Shown here in pieces: positions 50,880-63,891 of a stretch of 64,000 nt of DNA. Each line of letters begins with the position of its first letter. Positions within the stretch are counted from its first letter, which is position 1. The notes below the pieces were generated by a model. The model was given only the letters and a program-made list of their open reading frames with translations, ran no database searches and was not told the DNA's origin. Both the position numbers and the translations under genes were made by a program. The stretch spans positions 12,524,001-12,588,000 of the forward strand of contig NW_024704755.1 of the NCBI RefSeq assembly GCF_018977255.1. The letters run 5' to 3'. This stretch comes from Callorhinchus milii (Eukaryota).

Positions 50880-53800
50880 TGTTTGTAATCTGCACTTTGA
50901 CCACTGTATCTTTGATCTAATCAATAGATTCAAGGATAAGCAAACCACCACTGATAAGACCGGTTAAAAGATAATACGCAGCTGCTCCTGATCCCATATG
51001 ATTCCAAAAAAAAGAAAGGAAATCAGGCACAAGGTAGATTAAATCAAGTAAATTGATGCATTGAAACCCTATTAATTGCAATATGATTTTATTTTGATGC
51101 TTATCACATAAGCTACTGCACGCTGATTTTGCAATAACCATACAAATACACAGTCTCTACACTTTACAGTAAATCCTGTGAAGCTCTTTGAAATATTTCG
51201 ACGCCGTGATAAGGAGCGCAAGTGCAAGGATTCTTATAAATCAAAGAATTCAAATGTCTAATTAAAGGGTTAGTGATCAGTCTTTGAAACTTCTCCGAAA
51301 AGTCAGAACCTTGATCCATGTTAAGCGACAAAGGACAGTTAAACATTCGATGAGTTTTATTTTTGAATGAAGATTGAAAGCTGATAATCATCAGATAACT
51401 CGTGGTAACCGAGTTCTTTCACCACATGGCTTCTTCCCAAGATGTTGATCAAAGCTTCTTTCACCGTAGAGATCTTGATAGATTAATAACTTTGTGTGTG
51501 TGCTTTTCTTGTACACTTGACAAGGTTAAGATGCACATAAAGAAAAACGTCAGATGTTGCCATTGAAAGTCATTGCCTCCAACCCTGAGGTGGCTGAGTT
51601 CATAGAATATTAATTATCCTTGCACCTGGTATAGCACATTATCGCGCTGTTGAGATGCGTCAAGTGCTTCACAGATATACTGTAAAGTGGCGTGACTGTG
51701 TATTTTGTGGGTGAACACGGCAGCAATATAGCACATATTAATATTCCACAGTCATGGAGTGAGTGACCGATTTTATTTGGGGGAACTTGTTCACCTGGTG
51801 TCCTGACCAACAATCTCCCAGGAAAAATTATATTGGGATAGCATCTGACAGTAAAGGCAGAGTCTCCCTTCAGTGTAACATGTGCATCAAAAGAAATGCG
51901 GGTCAGCGAATGTTTTTTAGAGTAAAACACCTTGATTCACCTTCTATACTTACCTAGAGAGTGTAATAATAATCCTTGCATTTGATATCGCGCCTTATCA
52001 CGTCTTCGAGACATCTTAAAGCGCAGCACAGAATACACTGTAAAGTGAATTTTACGGCTGCCATGTTTAACCCATAAAATATCCTGTAAAATTTACTTTA
52101 CTTAACCCCGGAAAAGCGATCCGCCAATCGACTAACAACCAGGTTCCTACATTACTGCTAGGTAAACAGAGGCGGGTGGAGTAAGGAAACTTTTCCAACG
52201 TTTCGCTCTGGCAGGTCTCTCGCTTGTGAGGCGAGTGCTCTAACTTAGATGCTTGAAAAAGAGGAGCATTAGGAATGGATTAGACTGGGTGACTCATGTG
52301 TGGAAAAATACCAGCTCTGGACTGATGGGCCACACATCCTGTTTTGGTGCTGTCATTTTCTTCTATGAGCAACTTTTCTGTGCAACTTGATACAATACAT
52401 TTGAAGGTTTCAAATGGCGCCTTTATTGTCTCTCCTGGTTGTAAAGACTTTGCACAAAGGTTTCATTTACAATCGAGGTTTTATAGGTGAAATCACCTCT
52501 ACCGTGATTGATATGAGGTCGGCATTTGATTACGAACGTCTTCAAACCTCCCTCATATCATATCATATGGAACTGTTTCACGCAGAGGATAGTGAGATTG
52601 TGGAATTCGCTGTCTGAAATGGTGTTTCAATCAGATAGTGTAGCTGCCATTCAAGAGGACCTTCACATGAGGGAGAAGGGAATAGGAGGGTTTGGGAGGG
52701 AGTAAAGGCATGGGTGAATTATTGTTAGAAGGAAGCTTCAATTAAGTCAAATGCAAGGATTATTATTACACACTCTGAGGTAAGTATAGAAGGTTTACAG
52801 AAGTATATAGAAGTATAAAAACATTTCAAAATTAGTATAACACTGGCATGGACTGTGCTGTTTCTGTGCTGTACATTCTTTGTAATTGTATCATATTGGA
52901 TCATATCATATCATTGGGGAGACAGAGAGGAGATTTGAATTAGAATTATATCCAAAAGAAGGAAAAAAGAGGGGAGAAATTTGAGCCACTACTTGAGTGA
53001 GATAAGACTTCAAGTATAAGTTAATTCTACACATTTCAAAATGAAAATGAGTTTTCTTCCGACTATAGGTAAGTAACAATGTATGCTTAATACCTGTTCA
53101 GATGGATGTTAAAAGTCCCGAGGCACTACTCATAGGAACATACGAACATAGGAAGAGGAGATCCAGCCCTTCGAGCCTGTTCCACCATTTAATTAGATCA
53201 TGGTTGATCTGTACCAAAAAGGGTACCAAAAGATCATGGACCAACAGAAAAAATACCAACAGATCATGGCTGATCTGTATTCGAAAAGGGAAGGGAGCTC
53301 CTCCCAATGTTCTGGCTAAGATAAAATGGCCACTCACTTCCCAGCTATTTATGCAACATCTCTGTGTTACAAAATGATTGTCGTGTCCGTCTACAAATAA
53401 AGTCACTGCACTTTAGAGGAAAAATGGCGTGAAGCGCTTTGAGACAGTTCGACGATGTAAGGCGACATATCAAATGAAATTATTATTATTGTTTCTTTGT
53501 CTAAAGTTACTTTTGAAAAGGAATGAATTTTGATCCTTTCAGATACCAAAAGGTAACGTAGCTTTTCCATTCATCTGGTATAATCCCAAACAGCTGCAGC
53601 AAACAACATTCACCACACGGCTATTTGATGGATTGCTAAATACAGGCTCGACCTTGTAAATGATTGTGTCATATTCGTGTGTGTTATTTGGGTTTGAATA
53701 GAAGTTAAGATCCAGACACAGAGAAGGGATCTGACTTAATTGAAATTAAGCCTTCTAACAATAATTCATGTTCCAATATTAGAATAGATGTTAAACCGAG

Positions 53801-54429
53801 GTCCCGTCTGCCTGTTCGGGGGGACGTTAAGGATCCTGTGGCGATAGCCGAAAAGAGAACGGAGTTTCTCTGTGGTGTCCTGACCAACAATCCCCCAGAT
53901 AACATTGGTCAATCACTTCATGGCTGTTTGCTACGCGCAAAGTGGCTGCCACGTTCGTCTACAAATTGTGCAGAGTGTTCCTACAAAGCCATGGAGCAAA
54001 TAAACAATTATGTTTTGTCGGCCAGGATACCAGACAAAACTCTGTTTTCTTTTCAAATAGTGCCAGAGAAATATAATAAATATAATAATAATAATAATCC
54101 TTGCATTTGATGCAGCACCTTATCACATCTTCGAGACATCTCAAATCGCTTCACAGAATATACTGTGAAGTGAATTGACTGTATATTTTGTGGGCGAAAC
54201 ATGGCAGCCAATTGCGCAAAATATAAAATATATAAAATATAAAATGCTGGATAAGACGTGGGAAGTAAATCCAGAACAGCTCAAGAAAGAACAGGTGGCA
54301 AATGCCAATAATGTGATAAAGTGGAACAATTTCTTTATACAGATGTTAGTCAACCATTGGAATCGGTTACCAGCAAGGATGGTTGAGGCTAGAACACTGC
54401 ACTTATTTTAAGAAACAGCTTGATAATAA

Positions 54430-54761
54430 TAATAATACTACTAATAATAATCCTTGCCTTTCACGGCTTCTAGACGTCTCAAAGCGCTTCACAGAATATA
54501 CTGTAAAGTGAATTGACATATATTTGTGGGCGAATCGCGGCAGCCAATTGCACACAGCAGTCCACAAAGAGTGGTGGATTGAGTGGCCAAATCTCTGGAA
54601 AAGCGATCCGCCAATTGACTAACAACCAGGTTGCTACGTACTGCTAAGTAGGCAGAGGCATGTGGGGAAAGGAAACTTGCCCAACATTTCGCCCTGCCGG
54701 GAAGAGAACCCAGGTCTCTCGCTTGCAAGGCATGTGCTCTAACCACTGAGCTACAGGACTC
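54430..54761 (-). mobile_element. tRNA-derived SINE, full length
   Basis: Head GGAGTCCTGTAGCTCAGTGGTTAGAGCACATGCCTTGCAAGCGAGAGACCTGGGTTC; TGC in the anticodon-like loop suggests tRNA-Ala origin. Confidence 0.8.
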
Positions 54762-56490
54762 CTAATGCTGCAAAGGTAGTGGAGTTGGTCCTTTGGGAGG
54801 GACGAGATGAAATAATCCAAAATGATATTCATTAGAAGTTATATCTCTGTGACCTGGTGCTCCATAAACTGCAACTTATCCAAACCTCCTCCGCCCACAT
54901 CTTAACCTACACCAAACTCAGGCACCCCGTCACCCTATCCTCACCAGGATCCACTTTCTCATACCCTCTCCATTGATGGCCAATTCTTCAGGTTCTATGC
55001 CCCTAACCTCTGGAACTCAGGCTCTCTACCCCCTCGGTCTCATCCCCTCTCAATCTGTCTTTAATATTCAACCACGAGAGCTCCGAGATATGATGCACAA
55101 CTATATAAGTGCAAGTTGTTGCAATGATTGCTGCAGTTTGAGATACGCAGGTTAGTTTTTCATTTGTTTGGGCTTAGACTGCCACATTGTGGTTATTTAA
55201 TTATACTGCAAAGCTGCTTCAGAGAATGCTTTAACAATCGCTAACAGCTCTTTACGTTCGCCAGAAATTTCCCAATGATATTTAACAGAGTTATTGATTA
55301 TATTAATGTTGTGATAGTGAGTTATGTTGCTTATTTGGATTTTTTTTTAGCAGTTTCCTGTGCCTTCTTGTCCTATTCTGGGTTTATTATCTCTGTTCCA
55401 TTTAGCATCCTAGAATGATAGAATGTAGTGTTTTATCAGTGTTTCACGTAATTTTCTGTAAACTACATTAGCAGGTGAACCTTGCAGCCAATTTGTGTCC
55501 ACCAGTGTCCCATGGATAGCTATGAAGTGAATGACCAATTTGTTTTATAGGGGGGGGGGGGGGGGTGGGGGTGGAAGAATTATTGATTAGGACACTGAGG
55601 GAAAGGGAGAAACTCCCTTCTATTTTCAAATAGTACACAAGACGTTTATCGTTCTAATAAATAATAATAATCCTTGCATTCGATATAGCACCTTATCGCG
55701 TCCTCGAGACGTCTCAAAGGACTTGATAGAATATGAGGTAAAGTGAATTGACCGTATATTGCGTGGGGGAAATGTGGTAGCCAATTGAGCACAGGCAGTG
55801 TCCCACAAACAGTCGTGGGTTGAGTGACCTTTTTTTTTCTTCTTTTTGTTCAGCTGAACTCGCAGACAGGACCTTGATTTAACATCTCATCTAAAGTACA
55901 GCACCTCCGACAGTGCAGCACACCCACATTGTTAAACTGGAATGTCAGCCTAGAATTTCCGCTCAAAGTCCTGAAACAACGCGATCTTTCAATGAAACTA
56001 ATAATGCTTACATTTGATACAGCCCCTGTTGTGCCCTAGCACCTCCCTACCTCTTTGATTATACCCGACTCCTCTACCTCCGAGACTCTTACACTGAGCC
56101 ACCACAGGCACTTTATAGACGATTCTTTCCAGTTTACGTGTGCTTAAACCTGGTTTAGACCAAGCTGGACACCAACGGGCGCTGTAATCTTTAACCCCTA
56201 TTGATCGTGCCTTGTACTCTTTGAGAATAACGAGAGGATAACTTGCTTCCGTCTTGTGCGTAATCAGTTTATTTCAGCTGCAAAAATATACGTCTCACAC
56301 AGAAACATTAACACAGCCTAAATTGAGAGCAGGCAATTTTGTTAGAAATATTGAGCGATCAGCAGGAATAAATGTCGGGTCGGAAAGCATCCAAAAGAGA
56401 AAAAAAAAGGTTAACATTTTGTCCGTGACCGTTCCATTTCTTTCCATTTCCCAGTGTGCGCAATATTCCGATCTCCAGGATCACACTGGA

Positions 56491-58612
56491 CTAGTTCTTA
56501 CCGCGGTGGCAGATGTTGCCAATTTTCCGGCAATAACAAATTGCTTTAAAAAACCTGCAGTAACAAGTGGCGCATGGGTCACAGCAGGGCATCGAGTAAT
56601 CAAAGCAGGACTCCAGATGTCGGATACATCTTCTGGGGGAGCGTGCAGATCTGTTTTCAACCTCCAATGCATTAGATATGACCTGCAAGATGGTTTAAAT
56701 CGAACCATTAGATCTTAAGTGTGGAATTGCTATAAAATTGATTGAGAGTAACAGGGGTGCAAACCCTAAACTGTCCAGTGCTCTGGGACATTCTTCTGAC
56801 GTGAAAGGCACTGTATAAATGTACCCAAGCTGGGGGTTGGAATCAAGAGGGGTGGAGGGTGAGGAGGGTAGTTGAAAGCACGATCAAAGAGTAAGGTCTT
56901 CAGATGAGCCTTGAAAGAGGCAAACCGGGGGCAGAGCAGAGGGATTCCGAGGTGGAGTTCTGAAGAGTGGGGGCAGAAAAGCTGAAGGCCCGACCTCCAA
57001 TGGTAGAGCAGGCAGGGTGGGGGCATGAGCCAGTGCCAGTGCCCGCCGAGTGGAGGGAGTGGACAGGTTGGTACAGTATGAATAGATCGCAGAGGTAGGG
57101 AGGAGGAAGGACGCGGAGGGCTTTAAAAGTGAGGATAAGGATTTTAAACTCGAACTTCTAACAGACGGAGGGCCAGTGGAGCCGGGTGAGGATGGGGGTA
57201 ATCGGTTCACAGAGCGTGGTACGGGAGAGGACACAAGTTGCAGAGTTCTGAATAATCTGCAGTTTGTGGAGGAAAGAGTTGGGAAGTCCGGCGAGCAGGG
57301 GGTTATCAAATGCAAGGATTATAGGATTATTACATGTGAGGAAGCTGTGGTGTACTGCAATATAGACACAATTACCTCAGGGTCAAGTATGTTCTCCAGC
57401 CAAGGCTCCTTGATTAAGTCCGTTGGTGTTTGGAACACAGAGCTTGACATCAGACCTGGATCAAATACATTCACAACATTAAAATACTGGAATCTGCTTT
57501 GAATTGTGCAGGATGCACATCAGCAAAACATAAAGTGTTATTTCTACTGAATGTTGCTCATCTGCCAACGAATAAAATACAGCCTCTGAGCCAGTGAATG
57601 ATCCTTTTCTGCATCTGAACAACTCCCTGCAAACTTTTAATAACAAAAGTAAAAGGCAGCATCAGGTGATTAAAATAATTAAGCTATGTATTGAAGGCCT
57701 GAAATTCCACCTAGTCTTAGACTGAACCACCACATTGACTTACATTTTGAGAATTTTTTTTTGAATGAATTTGGAATTTTGGATGAATGAATTTTGGAAT
57801 TTTCCATGATTTTGTGGGATGTTCCAGGCTGAGACCAGGTAGAATTTCTGGCCTCAGGTGTTAATGTCTCTGCCAAGCAGCTAGCAACAAGCAACAACAA
57901 CAACAGATGACATTTGTATAGCGCCTTTCACATTGGGAGGACGTCCCAAGGTGCTGAACAACTAACTCCAATGAATAATAAATTAAAACCTGGGGTTTAG
58001 TTACCAGCTTTGAGATATTTTAATCTGGTGCAATACAAAACAGTTGCCCGTATAACATATCTAAACGTAAGTCTAGCATGTATCCTTGAGCATCTCTGAG
58101 GTAATTTATAGAACACTTTAACTAGCACTTAACTGCAAGGAAAAACTAATGCTAACACTGCACTTTCACACTCTGCACAATATGTATTCATATTTTTTTT
58201 CACATTTACGTTTTCAATCGGTCATGTTTTCAAGAGATTTTCTAATTTAAATTCAGCAACATCTCATTGTAGTTATACCCCTCCCCACCCCCACTCACAC
58301 ACACACATACACCAAACTTTGCTCAAATGAAAAACATAATGCAACCGAACCACTGACTCTTCGTATTTGCAGTCTGAATTTTAAGCATCACCTATCGCTC
58401 ACACTTTGTTACATGTATGTGAGTGTGGAACGGGGAAGGTGACAGGTACCTGTTGGAGCCTTGATCTCCCTGACCAAAGCCAAATCCACATCTCTCGCCA
58501 CGGCATCCCGCATGACAGTAAAGTTCAGCTCATCCACTTCAGCACAACTGGTGGTGAGAACGACCTGCGCTGCGTGCAGAGCCAACCAGTACCTGATCAC
58601 CATGTGCAACAT
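56491..58612 (-). CDS. AGRP: Agouti-related protein (AgRP1 type), 3 coding exons, 144 aa
   Basis: Exons 58612-58450 (MLHMVIRYWLALHAAQVVLT...KAPT), 57455-57376 (GLMSSSVFQTPTDLIKEPWLENILDPE), 56682-56491 (…RSPRR CIRHLESCFDYSMPCCDPCATCYCRFFKAICYCRKIGNICHRGKN*). Phases 1 and 0, GT-AG; 10-Cys knot with C-x6-C-x6-CC and RFF; adjacent to ATP6V0D1. Confidence 0.93.
56770..57302 (-). mobile_element. L2 LINE 3' fragment in AGRP intron
   Basis: Minus strand encodes L2 ORF2 C-terminal motifs (LHWPSV...FEFKIL; ASFKAHLKTLLF). Confidence 0.75.
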
Positions 58613-58968
58613 GCTGCCTAGAGAGCTGGAAATAAAAGGCACATTAAAACTTAAGAGGCAAATTAAACATAAGAACATAAGAACTTGCTAGGAGAAAGTA
58701 GACCAAGATCCATCCAGTTCGCCTTCAACCATCATGGTAGTCGCATACACATGTCAAGTGCCAAACTTATTAGACTGAATAAATAGAATCGGATTCATTA
58801 CTAAGAAATAGAAACTGCTTCAATCAAACAGCATCAATATTGCTTTAAAAATACAAGTATGTAAACCATAGGCTTTCACCCACCAATCGCTATGTAAAGT
58901 GAGAGCAACACAGTGATGTGAGTCCCAGCTTTTCGTTCTCTTCTTTTGGATCTAACTCTGACAGCCTA

Positions 58969-58995
58969 TTATATATCTCAGCTGCTGTGACGCCA
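58969..58995 (-). promoter_or_regulatory. Candidate AGRP TATA box with CRE-like site
   Basis: ATATATAA at 58976-58969 and TGACGCCA at ~58988-58995. An acceptor 5 nt before the ATG (TAG at 58620-58618) implies a non-coding first exon near here. Confidence 0.45.
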
Positions 58996-59124
58996 AAGCA
59001 AAACAAGTGGTTGCCTCTGATACCGAGTGTAATTGAAATGTACAAGACAACAGGAAAATTTTTTTTTTTAAAAAACTCACTCCAGGTTACCTTTGCACGA
59101 AGGCAATGTCGATAGTTTATTTTG

Positions 59125-59478
59125 TTAATAATAATAATAATTAGAATAATAACGATCCTTGCATTTGATAGAGCGCCTTATCATGTCGTCGGGACGTCTG
59201 AAAGCGCTTCCCAGAATATTTTGTAAAGTGAAATGACCGTATATTTTGTGGGCGAAACGCGGCAGCCAACGTGCGGCCCACAGACAGTCATAGATTGAGT
59301 GACCAACGTTTTTTTTTGAGGGATTATTACCCTCCAGAAAGTCATCCGCCAATATATTAACAATCATGTTCCTATTTACTGCTAGGTAAACAGAGGCGTG
59401 TGGAGTAAGGAAACTTGCTTAAGGTTTTGCCCAGGTCCTCTTGCTTGCGGGCCAGTGAGCTAACCACTACACCACGGG
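59125..59478 (-). mobile_element. tRNA-derived SINE
   Basis: Reverse complement of the 1624 family with long (ATT)n tail. Confidence 0.75.
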
Positions 59479-60259
59479 TTTTTGGATGTAAGGTGAAATT
59501 ACCGCGAACTCTTACACTTCTTACACGTGGTCACATTTATTTTCTATTTTCACTGTGCGCTACCCGTAACACCTCTCAATTAAAATAAAGCACTTTCCAC
59601 TCCGAGCTTGCAAACGTTTTCAACTTTATTGCAGGCACACCCACAGCTTCCTCTCTCACCACGATCATTCCTCTCTCTCAATCGCTATGTGTCCTCCCAT
59701 TGGAACTTCTTGGTTACATGCTTTTACCTTTGATTACACCTAAAAAAGTAATTTGTTTTACATCTGATAACTTGTACAACAAATGCAACTACATAGAGTT
59801 CAGCTGGACATTAAAGATCCCATGGCACTGCTCGAAAAGAGAAGGAAATTTCTCCCAGTCTCCCAGCCAATAATTCTCCCAGCTACAACAACAACAACGA
59901 GATTTCATTTATAGAGCGCCTTTCAAGTCGGGAGGACGTTCCAAGGCGCTGGACAGTTGGGTCGGGACCCGAGCAGGGGGGAACTGGTTAGGGTGAGGGG
60001 AGGGAAGGGAGGGAGTGAGCGAGGAGAGGGTAGAGAGTTGAGAGGGGAGGTGAAGGCACGGTTGAAGAGAAAGCTAAAAATTGGCAAAGATGAGAGGGAA
60101 TTCTGGGCTGTCAATGTCTCAAAGCGTAACCGTGGATGCTGATGCTGTCAATGCCTGAGGTGCTAAGGCTAGGGTGGAATATTCTCTTTTGCCTTTAAGC
60201 GCTTTGAGACACCACCCATTTGAAGGGTGCCATATAAATGCAAGTTGTTGTTGATGTAT

Positions 60260-60591
60260 CTTAGTGGTTAGAGCACTTGCCTCTTTAGCAAGAGGACCTG
60301 GGTTTGATTCCCAGCAGGGCGAAACTTCGGGCACGTTTGCTTATTCCATACGCCTCTGTTAAGCAGTAAAAAGGAACCCGGTTGTTAGTCAATTGGCGGA
60401 TTGCTTTTCCAGGGATAATAATTCCTCAAAAAATAAAAAAATTTGCTCACTCAATCCACGACTGTTTTGTGGGACACTGCTGTGCACAATTGACGTGTTG
60501 CCCAGTATATTTCACAGTATATTCTGTGAAGCACTTTGAGAGGTCTAGAAGATGTGATAAGGGGCTATACCAAATGCAAGGATTATTATTA
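60260..60591 (+). mobile_element. tRNA-derived SINE
   Basis: TTAGTGGTTAGAGCAC...GGTTTGATTCCC head, (ATT)n tail. Confidence 0.75.
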
Positions 60592-61639
60592 TGAGATGTG
60601 TTGAGCTTCTAGGAGGAGGAAGTGGGGGAAGGTATTAAATACTCATAACAAGAAAAACAGTTTTCAATGTAAAAATACAGCAATTACTTGGACTATTTCA
60701 CATGAGTGGCCTAATAGCAGAATAACTGGACTCCACGTAATCCAAATAAAAATACATGATAAAAAGGTCAATAAAATCAAAACGATGCATTTATGTTATT
60801 CTAACAACTCAGGTGGACTAAAACATTTTAATGAAAGTCAATCAGAAATCCATTAAGAACTGAAAAGGGTATTTGCTTTTCCCAACATCTGATTATAGTT
60901 TAATTTCATGCTTTTGCTAAGAACGGATATGCAAGTGACGTTTTAATAAGGATAGGCCCTGAAAGGTACTTTAGTGCTGTCAAACAATGTCCTTTTGCAC
61001 TGAATAACGTCGTTCATTACACAAAACCAGAGGCCAGGTCTCAATGTTTTTCCCATCAGATCGACATGTCCTGACATTAAACAAAAACCAAAAATAATGC
61101 TTGTGCTTGATGTAGCTGCTTAATACATTAGATGGCTCAAAACGCTTCACACAATTAGCTATTTATAAGGGTAGTGACTGCGGTCTCCAGTTATCCCCGC
61201 CTTTCTATCTGTTTTCAAGTCCCTCTTCGACTGAGCCTTTGGTCACCTCCTCTCCTTTCCCCTTACTAGGCATCCATTCCCGCCATGGTAAAGTGTTCCA
61301 TAAGTGAGACCCTACTGTATGTGAAGGTTGTTGTATTGATGCAAGTTGTTGATGTTATAGCAAAACGGGGGTGCTAATAGTTACAACAACTTGCATTTAT
61401 ATGGTGCCTCTCATGCAGAGTAGCGTCCCGGAGATAAATTGGTCATATCACCCAGCAAAGAAATAATTTTTCCACGTGGTTATTCCTCGTGCCACCAATT
61501 ATAATAGAAAGAAGCTTCCATACTTATAGCCTGAGAAAGTGCAAGTTATACAGTAGAAAGAATGAGGAACATCTACAAATTGAGTGTTTATAAGAGTAAA
61601 TAGCCACACCAGCGTGACAAATATATCACCGGCTTAGTT

Positions 61640-62040
61640 ATTGTTGGAAGGGCAGACCAGTCACTAGGGAGCAGGGATTCTTCCCATCCAGCTCCTGTTA
61701 ACCCTGCAAACCAAAACCCTAATGGGTAGGGTTGTCGAAGCTGTACAAATAGCAGCAAACTTGCAGGACTTGTGTCATTTCAGTTGGTAAACTCTCGCGG
61801 TACTGCGACCCATACTCTGGGATCCCCAAGAGCCTTAGGTTCTGCCAGCCTGTGCCTAATACTGTCTGGAATTAAGAAAGAAGGATGCTTCCCCATCCTC
61901 AAGGAGAGAATGCGCATTCCATTCAAAAAGGAAAAATTTTCATGTGTAGGTGAGATGTATGGAAATCTCACTTTGGTTTGGATACTCAAGCATGATGGTG
62001 GGTTTCCACATGTGTCAGACACCCAACTGATCAAAAAAAA
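61640..62040 (+). repeat. Unclassified dispersed repeat, longest copy, poly(A) end
   Basis: Links the 33370 5' part with the 15265/18870 3' part; ends CAGACACCCAACTGATCAAAAAAAA. Confidence 0.7.
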
Positions 62041-62198
62041 GTCCCACTTCGGTTTTGAAACTCATATAGTCTCTACTGACACTCCCAAGTGCTTGAGGTG
62101 CGCTGAATTGTCGGAGGTACTATCCTTTGGATAAGAAGTCCTGTTAGTGCCTGTTCAGATGGACATCACAGATCCTATTGCACTGTTCAAAATAGAAG

Positions 62199-63277
62199 CC
62201 CAATGGTATTAAAGGGACAGTGGCAGCATGGACACAGAATTGGTTGGAAGACAGAAAGCAGAAAGTGGTCATGAACAGTTGTTTTTCTGACTGGTGGGAA
62301 GTGTGCAGTGGTTTCCCCCAGGGGTCAGTATTGGGACCACTGCTGCTTTTGATCTGTATAAATGACCTGGACTTGGGGAAAAGTAGTAAACAGTGAGGAG
62401 GATAGTAGCAGACTGCAACAGACTGGTAAAATGGGCAGACAGGTGGCAGATAAAGTCTAATGTGGAGAAATGTGAAGTAATGCATTTTGGGAGGAAGAAT
62501 GTGAAGAGGCAATATAAGCTGATGGTACAATCTTAAAGGGGGTGAAGGAACAGAGACCTGCGGGTTCATATAAGTAAATCTTTGAAGGTGGCAGGAGAGG
62601 TAGATAAAGCTGTTAAAAAAAAGCATCCGGGATACTTGGCTTTTTAAATAGGGGCATAGAATGCAAAAGTCAGGAAGTTATGATGAATCTTTATATAACA
62701 CTGGTTAGGCCTCAGCTAGAGACTGTGTTCAGTTCTGGGCACCACACTTTAGGAAAGATGTCAACGCATTGGAGAGGGTGCAAAGGAGATTTACCAGGAT
62801 GATTCCAGGAATGAGGGACTTCAGTTATCAGGAGAGGCGAGAGAAACTAGGATTATTCTCCTTGGAGTAGAGAAGGTTAAGAAGAGACTTAATAGAAGTT
62901 TTCAAAATTATGAGGGGATTCGATAGGGTGAACAAGGAGAAACTATTTCCACTGGCGGGTGGGTCGGTAACCCGAGGACACCGATTTAAAATAGTTATTA
63001 AAAGAAACAGAGGGGAGCTGCAGAGAAATTTTTTCACCCAGTGAGTTATTGGGATCTGGAATGCATTGGCTGAAAGGGTGGTGGAAGCCGATTCAATAAC
63101 AGCTTTTAAGAGAGTAATTATTTGGGGAGGACAAGTTTGCAGAGCTATGGGGAGAGAGCGGGGCGGGGGGGGGGGGTGCGGGGTGGGGAGTGGGATTGAC
63201 TTGGTTAGCTCAGGCACAGGCACAGGCACGATGGGCCGAATGGCCTCCTTCTGTGCTGTATAATTCTATGAGTCTAT
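62199..63277 (+). mobile_element. 5'-truncated CR1 LINE (RT fragment and 3' tail) nested in a Deu SINE
   Basis: Translates GIKGTVAAWTQNWLEDRKQKVV...SGFPQGSVLGPLLLLICINDL; later TRGHRFK; tail ATGGGCCGAATGGCCTCCTTCTGTGCTGTATAATTCTATGAGTCTATG. Host SINE at ~62110-62198 resumes at ~63280-63513. Confidence 0.88.
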
Positions 63278-63599
63278 GAAGTGAGCTGCTCCTGGTGCCC
63301 CGGCCAACAATCCTCCAAATGAATTTGGTCGCTCGACCCGTGGCTCCTTGAGGGGGGGGGGGGGGGACATCGCTGTGCGCAAATTGGCTGCTGCACTCGG
63401 CCACAAAAAACAGTGACATCACTTTACAGCGTATACTGAGCAGCGGTTTGAGACGTCGCGACAATGTGATCCGTCGCTATATCAATTGCACTTATTTTTA
63501 TTATTATTATTATTGCAGAGATACGCAAACCCCAGTAAATGACAGTCACCCCCCTGGGCTCTCCCCCGCCCCCACCACCAACAACAACAACAACAGTGT

Positions 63600-63891
63600 G
63601 CAGAGTAGCTCCCAGCGCATGCGCAGTGACTGCAGGCTCTGTAGCTGGTGAGGGGGCGGGGGAAGAGAGCAGCGCATGCGCGGCGGCTGCAGGCTCGGTG
63701 GCTTGGGGAGAGGAGCGCAGGCGCAGTGGCCGTAGCCTCGGCGGCTGGGAGGTGGGGGGGGGGGGAGGGGAGAGGAGCGCGTGCGCAGTGTCTCCTCGGT
63801 CACATGGGAAGGCGGGCGGTCACGTGAGCGGCGCGGGTCAGGAGGCTGTGTTTCCTGTGGTGCGCGGCCTCGCTCTCCCCTTCGCTCCGAC
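63600..63891 (+). promoter_or_regulatory. CpG-rich TATA-less promoter of ATP6V0D1 with NRF1-type and CLEAR-type motifs
   Basis: GCGC(A/G)(T/G)GCGC at 63615, 63672, 63715, 63777; GTCACATG 63799-63806; GGGCGG 63814-63819; GTCACGTGAG 63819-63828. Confidence 0.75.

Noticed and set aside
53170-53280. Three short AGATCATGG repeats resembling a spacer array
   Set aside because: Local duplication within a CR1 3' tail; eukaryotic context, not CRISPR.
54690-54761. tRNA-Ala-like gene (also at 27375-27444, 35935-36005 and others)
   Set aside because: These are SINE heads that run into SINE body and tail, with no proper acceptor stem.
57679-57903. ORF MLLLLVASCLAETL... as AGRP exon 2 or a small secreted peptide
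   Set aside because: The Leu run comes from a (TTG)n repeat tail; no splice pair gives the required phase 1 to 0 without a stop. The exon at 57455-57376 fits frame and homology.
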